Assembly (NCBI GenBank): GCA_964016885.1
Contig: OZ024758.1
Span: forward strand, 32,736,001-32,800,000
Length of the DNA stretch: 64,000 nucleotides
Source: Eledone cirrhosa
Lineage: Eukaryota
Direction: 5' to 3'
Part shown: piece after piece, positions 13,001 through 26,646 of the stretch
Layout: each line of letters starts with the position of its first letter
How positions within the stretch are numbered: the stretch's first letter is position 1
The notes under the pieces: model-generated
The model's database searches: none
What the model was told of the DNA's origin: nothing
The model's input: the letters and a program-made list of their open reading frames with translations, nothing else
Made by a program: the position numbers and the translations under genes

Positions 13001-14086
13001 GACTTTATATGTAGCCGATGTTCAGGTGCAATAGGTAGCAAGTGTCCACAGGATACTAACCCCTTCTATTGCCTAGATGGTTCTATAGAAATAGTAGACA
13101 CTTTCTGTTACGTGGGTGACGAAATCAGCAGTGGTGGAGGGTGTTCTGAAAGTACAGTAGCCAGAGTCAGAACTGGATGGAAAAAGTACAGAGAGCTTAT
13201 ACCGCTGTTGGCCACAAAAGGTTTCTCTCTAAAAATGAAAGGCAGATTGTATGATGCCTGTATACGAACAGCAATGCTACATGGCAGTGAGACAAGGGCA
13301 TTACGTGCAGAGGACCTGCGTAGACTGGAAAGGAACGAAGCATGCATGCTCCGTTGGATGTGTAATAGTAATATACGTGAACGGCAAAGCATAAATGAAC
13401 TAAGTGAGAAATTAGGAATAAGAGGGATCAGATGCTGTTTACTCGAGAGAAGACTACGTTGGTATGGCCACGTGATGCGCATGAAAGACGACAGCTGTAT
13501 AAAAAAGTGCAGGGCGATCAAAATTGATGGTAGTTACGGAGTAGGTAGACCCAGAAAAACCTGGGACGATCTGATAAATTCCGACCTTACACACTTGCAC
13601 CTCTCTAAGACAATGTCATTGGACCGAGATCTTTGGCGCTACGCAGTAATACAGAAGACCCACCTTGCCTATGTACAAAGCGAAACCTACAGTCAGTAGG
13701 CACCTCTTAACCAAATATACACCCCAATCCACTACCCTTACCCTATCCTCCCACTCCCACCAACACCACCCTCTCTCTATAAAGTTGGTACCACAACATA
13801 CAGTCCAAATAAATGAGATAATGAGATTGAGATCGTGTAGGTGTCACGACAAAAAAACACACAGTCCACGCTGTAATTTGGCCGTGTAGGTAACACGGTA
13901 AAAAGTTCCCAGTTCCACACTGTAAATGTGGTTGGTGTTAGGAAGGGCATCCAGCCGTAGAAAACCTGCCAGATAGTCCTATGTGAGCGAGACACGGTCA
14001 CCCGACCAACCTTGCCTCAAGTGGGACAACTCCTGTCTAACCCATGCTAGTGTGGAAAATGGACGTTAAACGAAGATGATGATGAT
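10045..14086 (+). mobile_element. Near full-length decayed RTE-clade LINE
   Basis: 5' UTR, APE endonuclease, RT, 3' UTR, (GAT)n tail. Confidence 0.93.
10586..13699 (+). pseudogene. RTE ORF (APE endonuclease-RT-PHD-like finger) with stops and frameshifts
   Basis: NVGTL, IQETRW, SAYAPQ, GDLNG, QFGF, FVDLEKAFD, GVHQGS, catalytic motif mutated to YAVD, RRLRWYGHV, GRPRKTW. Confidence 0.92.
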
Positions 14087-14089
14087 ATA

Positions 14090-14645
14090 TTATTTTGTAT
14101 GTGTATTTGGTGTATACGTTCGTATGTGTGCGGGTACAGGAACCGTGCGGGTTTATGTATGTGTGCGCGTGGTTATGTGTACGTGCATGTATATGGATGC
14201 ATGGCGAGTGTTTTCGCGTATGCACGTGTATGTACGTATATAGGTGTGTATATGTATATATTTAATTATTATTGATTGCAGTAACCTCTGTCATTTTTGT
14301 TCTAATTTATTTACATTATTCTTAACTCTGAAGCCGAGAATCATTCGGTTTCCTAAATAGAATATTAGTCTACGACTTCATTTATACCATAAATGTGGTT
14401 TTGTCTTTGCGTGTAATTGTTCTCATCGCTCCACATAACGACATACTATCCTCGCTTTTTTCCGTTCATTGCCAGGAACGTTTCCACGAACCAAAGTATC
14501 GTCTTCCTGTTTTCCTTCGGTTGAAATGTTTTTCGAAATATTTACTTCTGTATTCACAGATTGATTTTTTTTAGTTTCAGAAGATCCCATTAAGGGTGAA
14601 AACAGTGATTCTTTGCTTAAACTTTAATCTGTTATTTTAATAAAT
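14090..14645 (+). mobile_element. 3' UTR + pLTR of the Hydra-like PLE family, variant hammerhead at 14573-14623
   Basis: Reverse-complement homology to 5185-5900; AGTTT-CAGAAGA-TCCC..GGGT-GAA-A..TGCT-T-AAACT. Confidence 0.75.
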
Positions 14646-14739
14646 ATATATATATAATATATATATATATAATATATATATATATATAATATATATAATA
14701 TATATATATATAATATATATATAATATATATAATATATA

Positions 14740-15010
14740 TAAGAGGGATAAGTTGTGGTGTGCAGGAGAGAAGGCTGAGATGGTATGGAGGATAACCGAT
14801 GGGTGAAGAAGTGCCAAGAAATCCCAGTAGAAGGAAGACGCAGTAGAGGTAGACCACGTAAAACATGGGCGGAGGTGGTGAGAGCAGACCTCAGATCATG
14901 AAACTCATGTAGCTGACAACGAAGGACCGTAACAGGTGGAGAGATGCTGTGCTGAATAGGACCCGTCCAACCCTTGCAAGCAGGGAAAAGCGGACGTAAA
15001 ATGATGATTA
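14740..15010 (+). mobile_element. RTE 3' end fragment (second subfamily)
   Basis: Encodes RRLRWYG...GRPRKTW; ends GGACGTAAAATGATGAT. Confidence 0.85.
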
Positions 15011-15023
15011 TATATATATATAT

Positions 15024-15357
15024 CATCATCATCATTTTACGTCCGCCTTTCCCTGCTTGCAAGGGTAGGACGGGAACTGATTCTGGCTTGATTTCTACAG
15101 CTGGATGCCCTTCCTAACACCAACCTCATTTACAGTGAGTGCTGGGTGCTTTTTTTCCGTGGCACATACACGACCACTTTGCAGTGGAATGAGAGGGACC
15201 CCAGTCCCTATCATCTCATTTCTACAGCTGAGTAAACTGGAGCAATGTGAAATAAAGTGTCTTGCTCAAGGAAACAACACATCACCCGGTCTGAGAATTG
15301 AACTCACAACCTTTCGATTGCAAGGCCAATGCTCTAAACACTAAGCCATGTGCCTCC
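15024..15357 (-). mobile_element. tRNA-derived SINE family 1 with RTE-like tail
   Basis: Head GGAGGCACATGGCTTAGTG..TTAGAGC...GAGTTCAATTCTC (A/B boxes), body TTGAGCAAGACACTTT, tail shared with the RTE 3' end; copies at 16255-16584, 17002-17215, 18600-18930, 24750-25142, 26295-26650, 45360-45580. Confidence 0.85.
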
Positions 15358-15367
15358 TATATATATA

Positions 15368-15414
<47 letters not shown>

Positions 15415-16012
15415 CATCATCATCATTTTACATCCGCTTTTCCCTGCTTGCAAGGGTTGGATGGGTCCTATTCAGCACAGCATCTCTCCACCCGCCACGG
15501 TCCTTCGTAATCTCCTCCATGAGTTTGGGCGATCTGAAGTCTGCTCTTACCACCTCCGCCCATGTTTTTTGTGATCTTCCATGTTTGCGTCTTCCTTTTA
15601 CTGGGATTTCTTAGCACTTAGTCACCCAGCGGTCATCCTCCATGTGTATCACATGTCCATACCATCTCAGCCTTCTCTCCTGCACATCACAACTTATCCC
15701 TCTTATACCCAGTTTCTTTCTCAACTCTATGCTTTGTCGTTCACGAACATTGACATTGTACATCCAACGGAGCATACTTGCTTCACTTCTCTTCAGCCGT
15801 CGCATATCTTCTGCAGTTGCTGCCTATGTCTCACTACCATGCAGCATTACACATCTCACACAGGCTTCATATAACCGTCCTTTCATACGCAGAGAGAAAC
15901 CCTTCTTTGTCAACAGAGGGAGCAGCTCCCTAAACTTCTTCCAACCCGTCCTTATTCTAGATACTATGGCCTCGGAACACCCACCTCCCATGCTAATCTG
16001 ATCACCTAGGTT
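15415..16012 (-). mobile_element. RTE 3' fragment
   Basis: MRRLKRSEASMLRWM...ERRLRWYGHV; (GAT)n tail. Confidence 0.88.
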
Positions 16013-16020
16013 CCGGAATA

Positions 16021-16071
<51 letters not shown>

Positions 16072-17250
16072 ATTTTTTTTTTGGGGGGGGGGTGTATATT
16101 TTTATAATATATCCATAAATAATAATAGAACACACTCACTGTTTGGTTTGGGTTGGTTTTCGCCAAATATAACAATATTTGTTTCAACACATTATTTCAC
16201 ATCAAAAACCTTGCAAAACCCACACACCCACACACCCACATATATCATTTCATTCATTTCATTTTACGTCTGCTTTGCCCTGCTTGCAAGGGTGAGATGG
16301 GAACTGATTCTGGCTTGATTTCTACAGCTGGATGCCCTTCCTAACACCAACCTCATTTACAGTGAGTGCTGGGTGCTTTTTTGCCGTGGCACCTCCACGA
16401 CCACTTTACAGTGGAATAATAGGGACCCCAGTCCCTATCATCTCATTTCTACAGCTGAGTAAACTGGAGCAATGTGAAATAAAGTGTCTTGCTCAAGGAA
16501 ACAACACATCGCCCGGTCTGAGAATTTAACTCACAACCTTTCGATTGCAAGGCCAATGCTCTAACCACTAAGCCATGTGCCTCCATATATATATATGTAT
16601 AAATATATATATGCATAATCTATACACATATTGTTTATTATTCTTTATATATAAAGCAGATATTAAATGATGATATGTATATAAACATCACTATTTAATT
16701 GCTGCCTTATAGAAGTCTCTTGTGATATGTAATTTTCGCACTTCGGAAATAATCGTATGGATTGTTCATTTCAGTGTTGCTGACAGTATTTGAAGCAAAA
16801 GCAATTAAACCGACGCCATATTTGATTCTTAACTATTCTAGCATCAGGTAGGTGTATCCAAAATATTCCTTTCTTTCCATACTCTTCTAATGAGATTTCA
16901 AGGTAATTTAAAACTATTGGAGTGTGAATTTTATTTATAAAATTAAAAGAATATTTTTTTTTAAATGTTTAAAAAATACAGATTTTAAAAAAAATCAAAT
17001 TATTTCTACAGCTGATGCCCTTCCTAACACCAACCTCATTTACAGTGAGTGTTGGGTGCTTTTTGCCGTGGGACCTCCACGACCACTTTGCAGTAAACTG
17101 GAGCAATGTGAAATAAAGTGTCTTGCTCAAGGAAACAACACATCACCCGGTCCAAGAATTGAACTCACAACCTTTCGATTGCAAGCCCAATGCTCTAACC
17201 ACTAAGTCATGTGCCTATATATATATATATATATATATAAATATATAAAT

Positions 17251-17455
17251 AGGAACCAGTAAGACCCCGACAGCTGAGCTCAAGCCGTTTCGACGGCTAA
17301 TTCTGGACGGCTAAATATGTCCAGAATTAGCCGTCGAAACGGCTTGAGCTCAGCTGTCGGGGTCTTACTGGTTCCTATTATCCACTCTACTACCTCAAGT
17401 ATTGAGTACTTTGGTGCGTTATGGTCCACCTGGTTCCTTACCACATTTCCTTCGT
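17251..17455. mobile_element. Palindromic mini-element family B (also 40508-40694)
   Basis: Inverted arms 17251-17307 and 17319-17376, TA-flanked; hammerhead 3' half: stem GACGGCTAA/TTAGCCGTC then GAA-ACGGCT..AGCTGT-C. Confidence 0.7.
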
Positions 17456-17480
17456 TATATATATATAAATATATATATAT

Positions 17481-18491
17481 CAGGAAAGAAGAGTGACACG
17501 GTTTGCTATACAAAAAAGGTTTTTAATCTCATTGCTGGCAATTGTTTCTCTGAACTGGTAGGTCTAGAGATCGCTACCCGCTTATTTTCACGTTATTCGA
17601 TCACCAATACAAAGTTATAACCAGTCAATTCATCGGAGCTTGTGAGAATGAAAAGAGTGTACAGGCATGGCTACTATATATAGTAGTAATGGCATTCAAT
17701 CAGAACAATAACAACAATACTAACAATGCTAGCAATAAATTATTTGAAATAATCACAACATCAATCTAGGTGGGAAGTATAGTATATCTACGATTTTAGC
17801 GTGTAAAACTAGCTGACATGAGGCAGATGTATAAAATTGACATGTAAAAGTTGTCATGGGGTGTATTATATCTAGTGTAAAGATAAGCCGGTGTCTTTAA
17901 ACAATATAGGTCTGGTGGCCGTAAGAATCGTTTATTATCTGACAGATGAAGAATTTATCACTGTAGTGAGGATAGTAATATTTGTGTGGTCTATATTAGA
18001 TGAAAGGGTTCTCTAGCTTTCTCATCATTAATAACATAAATGTATAAGACAACATCAACAGAGTAGCAATATAATGGGCAAGTTAATACAGAGGTTAAGG
18101 AGGCAATATATATATATCCATACATGCACACAAACATATATATATACACACACATATATACATAAATATAAAGAGAAAACATGCTGACTATAATTATAAC
18201 AGGAGGAAGGTAAAGTTCTGTTGTAGTAGTATTTTGAAATGTTCTTAGATTTAGGTTCAAGTGCTGACAGCAGCTGAGAAGAGATATATTTATGGGTTGA
18301 TGAGATACTTACAGACATTAGTGTGGTATAGAACTAAGAAGGCTAGAATGTACTTAATGATTATATTTCTATGATTGTTCATGCAGTGTAGTGGGTATCC
18401 TAAGTTGAAAGCGTTGATATCATCCACTACCCGGAGTACCATAACTGGACTACACTTAAGTGGACTACCTATAACAATAATTTGTTACCCC

Positions 18492-18493
<2 letters not shown>
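17481..18493 (-). mobile_element. TA-flanked element with degenerate hammerhead (17534-17639); probable PLE 3' remnant; duplicated at 25186-26188
   Basis: GCT-CCGATGA...GAA-AC-AATT-GC-C-AGC; near-identical second copy. Confidence 0.55.
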
Positions 18494-18529
<36 letters not shown>

Positions 18530-19234
18530 GAAAGGTATAGAAAGTATTGTAGCAAGAAGCCAACAGTATTCCATAATATATATATATATATCATCATTCA
18601 TCATCATTTCATGTTACGTCCGCTTTTTCCCTGCTTGGTTCTGGCTTGATTTCTACAGCTGGATGCCCTTCTTAACACCAACCTCATTTACAGTGAGTGC
18701 TGGGTGCTTTTTTGCCGTGGCACCTCCACGACCACTTTACAGTGTGGGCTGGGTGCTTTTTTGCCATGGCACCTCCACGACCACTTTGCAGTGGAATGAT
18801 ATGGACCTCAGTCCTTATCATCTCATTTCTACAGCTGAGTAAACTGGAACAATGTGAAATAAAGTGTCTTGCTCAAGGAAACAACACATCACCTGGTGTG
18901 AGAATTAAACTCACAACCTTTCGATTGCAAATTATGTATAATTATTTCCTTCAAAATAGTTAATCAAATAGTTATTAAATTAAACCTTGAATCTGAACTA
19001 CAAAGGAAATCGGTTTGACTTTTTATTAGTTTAAAGAATGTAATTTAGACAACATGTTAGAGTACTTAAAACTCCCACTCTAATATACTAAAATAAAATA
19101 ACATACATTCAGATATTTGCTGAGATAAATGAACTGACATACAGATGAGATGAACTAGTTATGATGCATATATCATCATCATCATCATACAAAAAGTGCA
19201 AAAATTTGTAAAATAAATTTACTTCTTATCATCC

Positions 19235-19575
19235 CAAAATTGTCATAAGTTGGAGATCAGAGAGTTACTCCAGGTAGAGCTGCTACTTCTCTGAATTGAG
19301 ACATCACAGCTCGGATACTATGGCCATGTTAGAATGTCTCAGGAAAGAATTGCTGGACAGATTTTACAGGCAAAACCAATAGGTAGGAGACCCAGGGGTA
19401 GACTCCAAGCGGGATGGTTGGATAACATCCATGAATTTGGCTAGTATCACTTTGAGATCCAGCCAGATCAGTTGGAGATTGTTGCTTCTGACAGGACCCA
19501 CTGGAGGGAATGTTTCGGGATTCTACCCACAAACCCCTCTCAGGAATAAGTGGATGAAGAAGAGAAGATCCTCCC
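19235..19575 (+). mobile_element. Old RTE 3' fragment of a different family (also 51030-51395, -)
   Basis: QVEPLLLQIERPQLQYYRHVVR and GKRPRCMPRTRW-like residues in the 51 kb copy; homologous sequence here. Confidence 0.7.
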
Positions 19576-20047
19576 ATAATTGGTATCCACATAGAATATA
19601 TCAATATGAATAATCTGTTGATTACAATTTTTGTAGCTTACAATTTCTGGATATCTAATGCTTAATATGTTCATGAGGCCTCTATTGATAGATGCCAGCA
19701 ATTAATTGATCTTTCCTATTCATCAATTCTACTTTGCAATATTCGTTTTGACTCTCAGAGGAGTTCAAATCTCACCGAGGTCAACTTTTCCTTTCACCCA
19801 TTCAAGGTTGATAAAAAAAAATACCAGTGGGGTCGATTCTTCCTTCATATCTCTTTCTCACTTCCATTCTCTCTCTTTCCTTTTCTGGAACAAATTTACT
19901 GTATTCAGACCTGGAGAGGAAATGGGCTTCACCCTTACAACTCCACCAGATGTAATGGGATGATATATACAGACATTCATTAATTTATAAGATATCCAGT
20001 ATGAATCATCCACCATTCCTGTAACAGTAAGTGCCTATATTAAAATA

Positions 20048-20358
20048 CAGTATAACCTCGGTATTTGTGGTACAGGTATTCACAGAATTTTCCTTAGAAC
20101 CTAACTAATAATGTGAAACCACCGCATATTCACGGAATTGTAAATATCATCTGCAATTTTTTATGGATTTTTTTGTGGCAATATATATTTTTTTACACTT
20201 TTTAACGCTAAACTATTAATAACATTATACCGTATTTGCCGGCCTATATTTTACGTTAGGTTTTGACGTTTATAAGCATTTTTATGGACCATGTCCAATA
20301 TTCACAGTTTTTCACTCTTTGCCGATGCTCTCGGAACATAACCCCTGCAAATACTATT
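20048..20358. mobile_element. Possible Tc1/pogo-type MITE remnant
   Basis: TA|CAGTATAACCTCGGTATT start and partial inverted end CCCCTGCAAATAC. Confidence 0.35.
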
Positions 20359-20696
20359 TGAAAAGTATTTTGTTACTATATTTCTCATGAAATACACTGT
20401 ATTTGAATTAATTACTGAAGAATTTGGCAGGATTTACTAAAATTATTAATTATTGCTACATAAAAGGTTTTTATATCAAATAATGTTGAAAAAATTTAAT
20501 TTGAAAAGAAACCCTTTAAAATGGAGAGTTTTGTTTCATAGAACCAGGACAGATTGGTATAAAAAGGATTATTTCTGAACAAATCAAAATAGCTTCTTAG
20601 TTCAGATAAAGGTTTTCTAGCTGGTAGTTTTTACAAAACAGGTTCATTTAAATATCATTTCTAATATATGCCCGTTAAATTCACCTAATGTGACCT

Positions 20697-20945
20697 AGTG
20701 GTAAGTGTGTTGGATTTATGATCATAATGTGGGTCCGATCCTTGGACTTGGTTGTATATTGTGTTCTTGAGTAAAAAACACTTCATTTTATGTTGCTCCA
20801 GTATACTCAGCTGAAAATGAGTACCAGTAATAGCTGGAGGTTTAACCTTGCGATGAACTGGTATCCTGTCCAGCGGGGGAGTCCTATACCCTCAGACAGT
20901 TAACACCACAGAAACCGACCTGATGAGCCTCTGGGCTCTAGACAG
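20697..20945 (+). mobile_element. Diverged tRNA-SINE (related copy at 59520-59735, -)
   Basis: A-box-like TAGTGGTAAG, TTGAGTAAAAAACACTT...TGCTCCAGTATACTCAGCTG body. Confidence 0.6.
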
Positions 20946-22224
20946 ACTTTAAACTTAGAAATTCACCCAAACATCATTAACCCTTTAGCATTTGCATTAC
21001 TCTATATTTACTATTGTATTTTCGTAGTAAAGGCTTTATCTCACATAATATTGAATTTATGAGATTTTGATATTATTTATTTTGAGAACAATAACTTAAC
21101 ATCAGTATGTGTGGCTGGTTAGGGCCAGTTTGAACAGAAAGAGGTAAGAGAATTCTGGCCGGATAAAGCCTGTTTAAATGCTAAAGGGTTAATTAATCTT
21201 AAGCTACCTTTGCCTATTTCTAATTTGGCTGCCATATCTCATTCCATGTTGGTTTATTGCCTATTTTTTTATATCACATACTCATAAGATTTGTTGTTTC
21301 CTTACCTCTGTCTTATATACCTACACATACACAAATGAAAACAAAGTAGTTATACAATTTCCAATTTTCTTATATGGCAATTCCAGTTGAATCTCTAGTT
21401 TAATATGAGATCAAACACAACACATTTCAAAGGATCAATTTAAATTTTGCTCTGACTCTTATAGAATATATTACCTTTATTGCATTAACTTCAATTTTTC
21501 ATATTCCTCAACTTAAAAGCGATACACCAATACTTATTTTCATAATAAAGTTTCCTCTTCTTGAATCTTCCAATTCTAATATCATTTATCTAAATGAAAT
21601 ACAATTTTATAAATTTCCCACTGATATTTATTTCCATCATTACTAATCTAGCCTAAACTTTCTATAAAGATTTTAACTTCAAACCCAACATAATTCTAAT
21701 TCAGAATACTTTCACATTCAGAATACATTACCTCTTTCCATATTGATCTCAAATGCCAGCTGTGTTAGTTTCAATAGATACAATGTATTTGGATAATAAA
21801 CTTGTAATTTGTTTTTGTTCTAACCCTTTAGCATTTAAACCAGTTATATCTGGCCAGAATTCCCTCACCTCTTTCTGTTCAAACTGGCTGAAACTGGCCA
21901 CTTATGTTAATGTATTGTTCTCAAAATTGATTCAATATTATATGACATGAAATGTTTACCATGAAAATACAGTAATATATATAGAGTAATGTAAATACTA
22001 AGGGGTTAAGTTACAAAACCTTTATTTTGTTATATGTTATGCATAAACATACTATGTCAACTATATTTAAAAAAAAAAAAAGTTATAGAATGATGGAAAT
22101 ATGAAAAAAAAAGATGAAAACAAAATTAAATAATGAAATAAAAATGGGGGGACGGCAGATCTGGCCGTATATGAAAGTAGAGAAAAGGACTATAAATGCC
22201 ACGAGAGGAAAAGAGCAAGGACTA

Positions 22225-22451
22225 TTAAGCCACGGATGAAATAGAGGGGGAAGGGGAGAGGGTGACAGGCTCCATGCGTAGGGTGGGGCTGTGTTTTGGT
22301 TGCGCCCCATGGACAAAAATTGCACAGGCATTCCACAGACAATGTCCAGTGAGATCCATACAACAACCACCCCACTTCCTAAGACGGGCTGCTGACGTTT
22401 TGATTTTATAGAGGAGCTTGGTCATACAGGATCCCAAAAGTGGTATTAGTG
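22225..22451 (-). CDS. Candidate terminal coding exon of an unknown host gene
   Basis: Relatively GC-rich island unique in this window, upstream GCTAAC-TTTACAG acceptor, about 75 open codons ending SPSPSISSVA*; no homology recognised. Confidence 0.25.
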
Positions 22452-24132
22452 CTGTAAAGTTAGCAATATTACTGTAAACCGAAAAGGTAGAAGGATGAAA
22501 TAGTTGGAAAAAATAATCAATAGGAAAAAGTATTTACACCTGAATGAAACTGTTAAATAGTTTAAATATCAAATTCTTTATTATTTTTATGTAATTTTAT
22601 CCTAGAAATAAAAGATAGATGTTTGAATAAAAAAATAAAAAAATAACGTTTCTAAACCATAATTCAAAGTAAAACATATCTTATAATGATATAAAAGAAA
22701 AAGAAAGTTTATGCCATATTTTTAATTACAAGGTTCTATGTTGAATAGTAATTAAGTAACTTGCATGTCAAATCTATTCAGGAACATGTTATAAAACAGA
22801 ATGCAATACAGCAATTCTTAGGGGACACAAATAAATTCCCTTAAACAAATATGACACTATTTTTAAATATTAAAAATATTACACATGCAAGAGAAACTGT
22901 ACACACTTTTGAACACATTACAAACACAAATATTTGCTGTAAACATGATGTAATCTTGTATGTGTGCATACATTGTTCACTTGACATTAGACATCTTGCT
23001 TTCAATAGGTTTGCAATAGTTAAAGTACCATAAAAATTAAAAAATATCAGCTGCAAATTAAAATCCTAATTTTCAGCTAAGATACAAAAGTAGTAATCAA
23101 ACTTTTCATATCTTTAGGCAGAAGTTCTAAAAATATGATCAATCAATTCTAGCAATAATTCATTTCCTTTGCTTTATCCCAAATAATTTAAAAAATGACA
23201 AGAAAAGAGAAACATTAAATCCATGGAGGCATCTGAAGTATTATTTTCTATTTATATAATGTATAAGTAGTGTATATGATATCACTGGATACCATTGGAT
23301 ATGACATAAACAACTCAAATATAACAGCAAAGTATATTAACTATTTAGCATTTAAACCGGACATATCCAACCAGAATTTTCTCATCTCTTTCTGTTTAAA
23401 CCGGCTGTAACCAGCCACCCGTACTCATGTTAAGGTATTGTTCTCAAAATAAACAATATCAAAATCTCATAGATTCGATATTATGTGAGATAATTATGTG
23501 AGCCTTTACCGTGAAAATATAATAGTAAATATAAAGTAATGTAAATGCTAAAGGGTTAAACATTTGCTGAAGGCACATGGGTTAGTGGTTAGAGAATTGG
23601 ATTTGCAATCATGAGGTTGTGAATTCAATTCCTGGACCGGGTGACACGCTATGTACTTGAGCAAAACACTTTATTTCATGTTGCTCTTTCTGCCAGGAGT
23701 TGTAGATAGTATCAGTTATGGAAAGACCAATGGAAATATTGTTTCCTTGGTCTGATTTGATGAGCTCCACTCCATTCATTAAGTAAATGAGATCGGGGAT
23801 CTTGTCTATCGAGTCTCCTTTATATTCAGAAAAATAAAGATATCTTTCTGTATCACACATCTTACAAAATCACTGCAATATGATTACATATTCTGATTTC
23901 CCCATAAATAAATCACAGAACAAAAAAGGAACATAAAATAATTTGTCAAACATAAAGAGGGTCAGCTGAAATGTTCATAGACTGATTATGAAGGAGTGAT
24001 GCTAGAGCAGTGAAATCTTGCATGCATTAATTTCAGTTCTTCTTATTCAGGGACTATGTTGAAAAATAAACCTCATTTAGTCATTCCATGAGAGTATCTT
24101 GGTCAGCCTATGAACTTTTCAACCTACCTTTG

Positions 24133-24592
24133 TATATAATATATATGGTTAACTATATGACCAGTTCTCTCTATATATATAATATATATGGTTAACTATA
24201 TGACCAGTTCTCTCTATATATATAATATATATGGTTAACTATATGACCAGCTCTCTCTATATATATAATATATATGGTTAACTATATGACCAGTTCTCTC
24301 TATATATATAATATATATGGTTAACTATATGACCAGTTCTCTCTATATATATAATATATATGGTTAACTATATGACCAGTTCTCTCTATATATATGGTTA
24401 AATATATGACCAGTTCTCTCTATATATATAATATATATGGTTAACTATATGACCAGTTCTCTCTATATATATAATATATATGGTTAACTATATGACCAGT
24501 TCTCTCTATATATATATAATATATATGGTTAACTATATGACCAGTTCTCTCTATATATATAATATATATGGTTAACTATATGGAATGACCAG
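24133..24592. repeat. 43-bp minisatellite, about 11 copies
   Basis: Unit GGTTAACTATATGACCAGTTCTCTCTATATATATAATATATAT. Confidence 0.92.
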
Positions 24593-25140
24593 TTCTATAT
24601 ATAATATATAGAGATTAAAGTTTAAGTAAAGAGTTGCTGATTTAACTCTATTACGGGATCATCTGAAACATATATAATCCTTATCGAGCCCTCTTTGGAT
24701 TTTGGTCTTCATAATTATTATTACTATATATATATATATCATTATCATCATCACCATTTTGCGTCCGTTCTACCACACTAGTATGGGTTAGACGGGTTGT
24801 CCTGTTGCGGGGAGCGTCCGGTTGGCTGACCATGCCTTGCTCATACAGGAACTGATTCTGATTTGATTTCTGCAGCTGGGACGGGAACTGGTTCTGGCTT
24901 GATTTCTACAGCTGGATGCCCTTCCTAACACCAACCTCATTTACAGTGAGTGTTGGGTGCTTTTTTGCCGTGGGACCTCCACGACCACTTTGCAGTGGAA
25001 TGATAGGGACCACTTTGCAGTAAACTGGAGCAATGTGAAATAAAGTGTCTTGCTCAAGGAAACAACACATCACCCGGTCCAAGAATTGAACTCACAACCT
25101 TTCGATTGCAAGCCCAATGCTCTAACCACTAAGTCATGTG

Positions 25141-25188
<48 letters not shown>

Positions 25189-26186
25189 GAAAGAAGAGTG
25201 ACACGGTTTGCTATACAAAAAAGGTTTTTAATCTCATTGCTGGCAATTGTTTCTCTGAACTGGTAGGTCTAGAGATCGCTACCCGCTTATTTTCACGTTC
25301 AATACAAAGTTATAACCAGTCAATTCATCGGAGCTTGTGAGAATGAAAGGAATATACAGGCATGGCTACTATATATAGTAGTAATGGCATTCAATCAGAA
25401 CAATCAGAACAATACTAACAATGCTAGCAATAAATTATTTGAAATAATCACAACATCAATCTAGGTGGGAAGTATAGTATATCTACGATTTTAGCGTGTA
25501 AAACTAGCTGACATGAGGCAGATGTATAAAATTGACATGTAAAAGTTGTCATGGGGTGTATTATATCTAGTGTAAAGATAAGCCGGTGTCTTTAAACAAT
25601 ATAGGTCTGGTGGCCGTAAGAATCGTTTATTATCTGACAGATGAAGAATTTATCACTGTAGTGAGGATAGTAATATTTGTGTGGTCTATATTAGATGAAA
25701 GGGTTCTCTAGCTTTCTCATCATTACTAACATACATGTATAAGACAACATCAACAGAGTAGCAATATAATGGGCAAGTTAATACAGAGGTTAAGGAGGCA
25801 ATATATATATATCCATACATGCACACAAACATATATATATACACACACATATATACATACATATAAAGAGAAAACATGCTGACTATAATTATAACAGGAG
25901 GAAGGTAAAGTTCTGTTGTAGTAGTATTTTGAAATGTTCTTAGATTTAGGTTCAAGTGCTGACAGCAGCTGAGAAGAGATATATTTATGGGTTGATGAGG
26001 TACTTACAGACATTAGTGTGGTATAGAACTAAGAAGGCTAGAATGTACTTAATGATTATATTTCTGTGATGGTTCATGCAGTGTAGTGGGTATCCTAAGT
26101 TGAAAGCGTTGATATCATCCACTACCCGGAGTACCATAACTGGACTACACTTAAGTGGACTACCTATAACAATAATTTGTTACCCC

Positions 26187-26226
<40 letters not shown>

Positions 26227-26646
26227 GAAAGGTATAGAAAGTATTGTAGCAAGAAGTCAACAGTATTCCATAATATATATATATATCATCATTCATCATC
26301 ATTTCATGTTACGTCCACTTTTTCCCTGCTTGGTTCTGGCTTGATTTCTACAGCTGGATGCCCTTCTTAACACCAACCTCATTTACAGTGAGTGCTGGGT
26401 GCTTTTTTGCCGTGGCACCTCCACGACCACTTTACAGTGTGGGCTGGGTGCTTTTTTGCCATGGCACCTCCACAACCACTTTGCAGTGGAATGATATGGA
26501 CCTCAGTCCTTATCATCTCATTTCTACAGCTGAGTAAACCGGAACAATGTGAAATAAAGTGTCTTGCTCAAGGAAACAACACATCACCTGGTGTGAGAAT
26601 TGAACTCACAACCTTTCGATTGCAAGGCCAATGCTCTAACCACTAA

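Noticed and set aside
15270-15357. tRNA genes
   Set aside because: tRNA-like heads of SINEs continuing into SINE bodies; no complete cloverleaf
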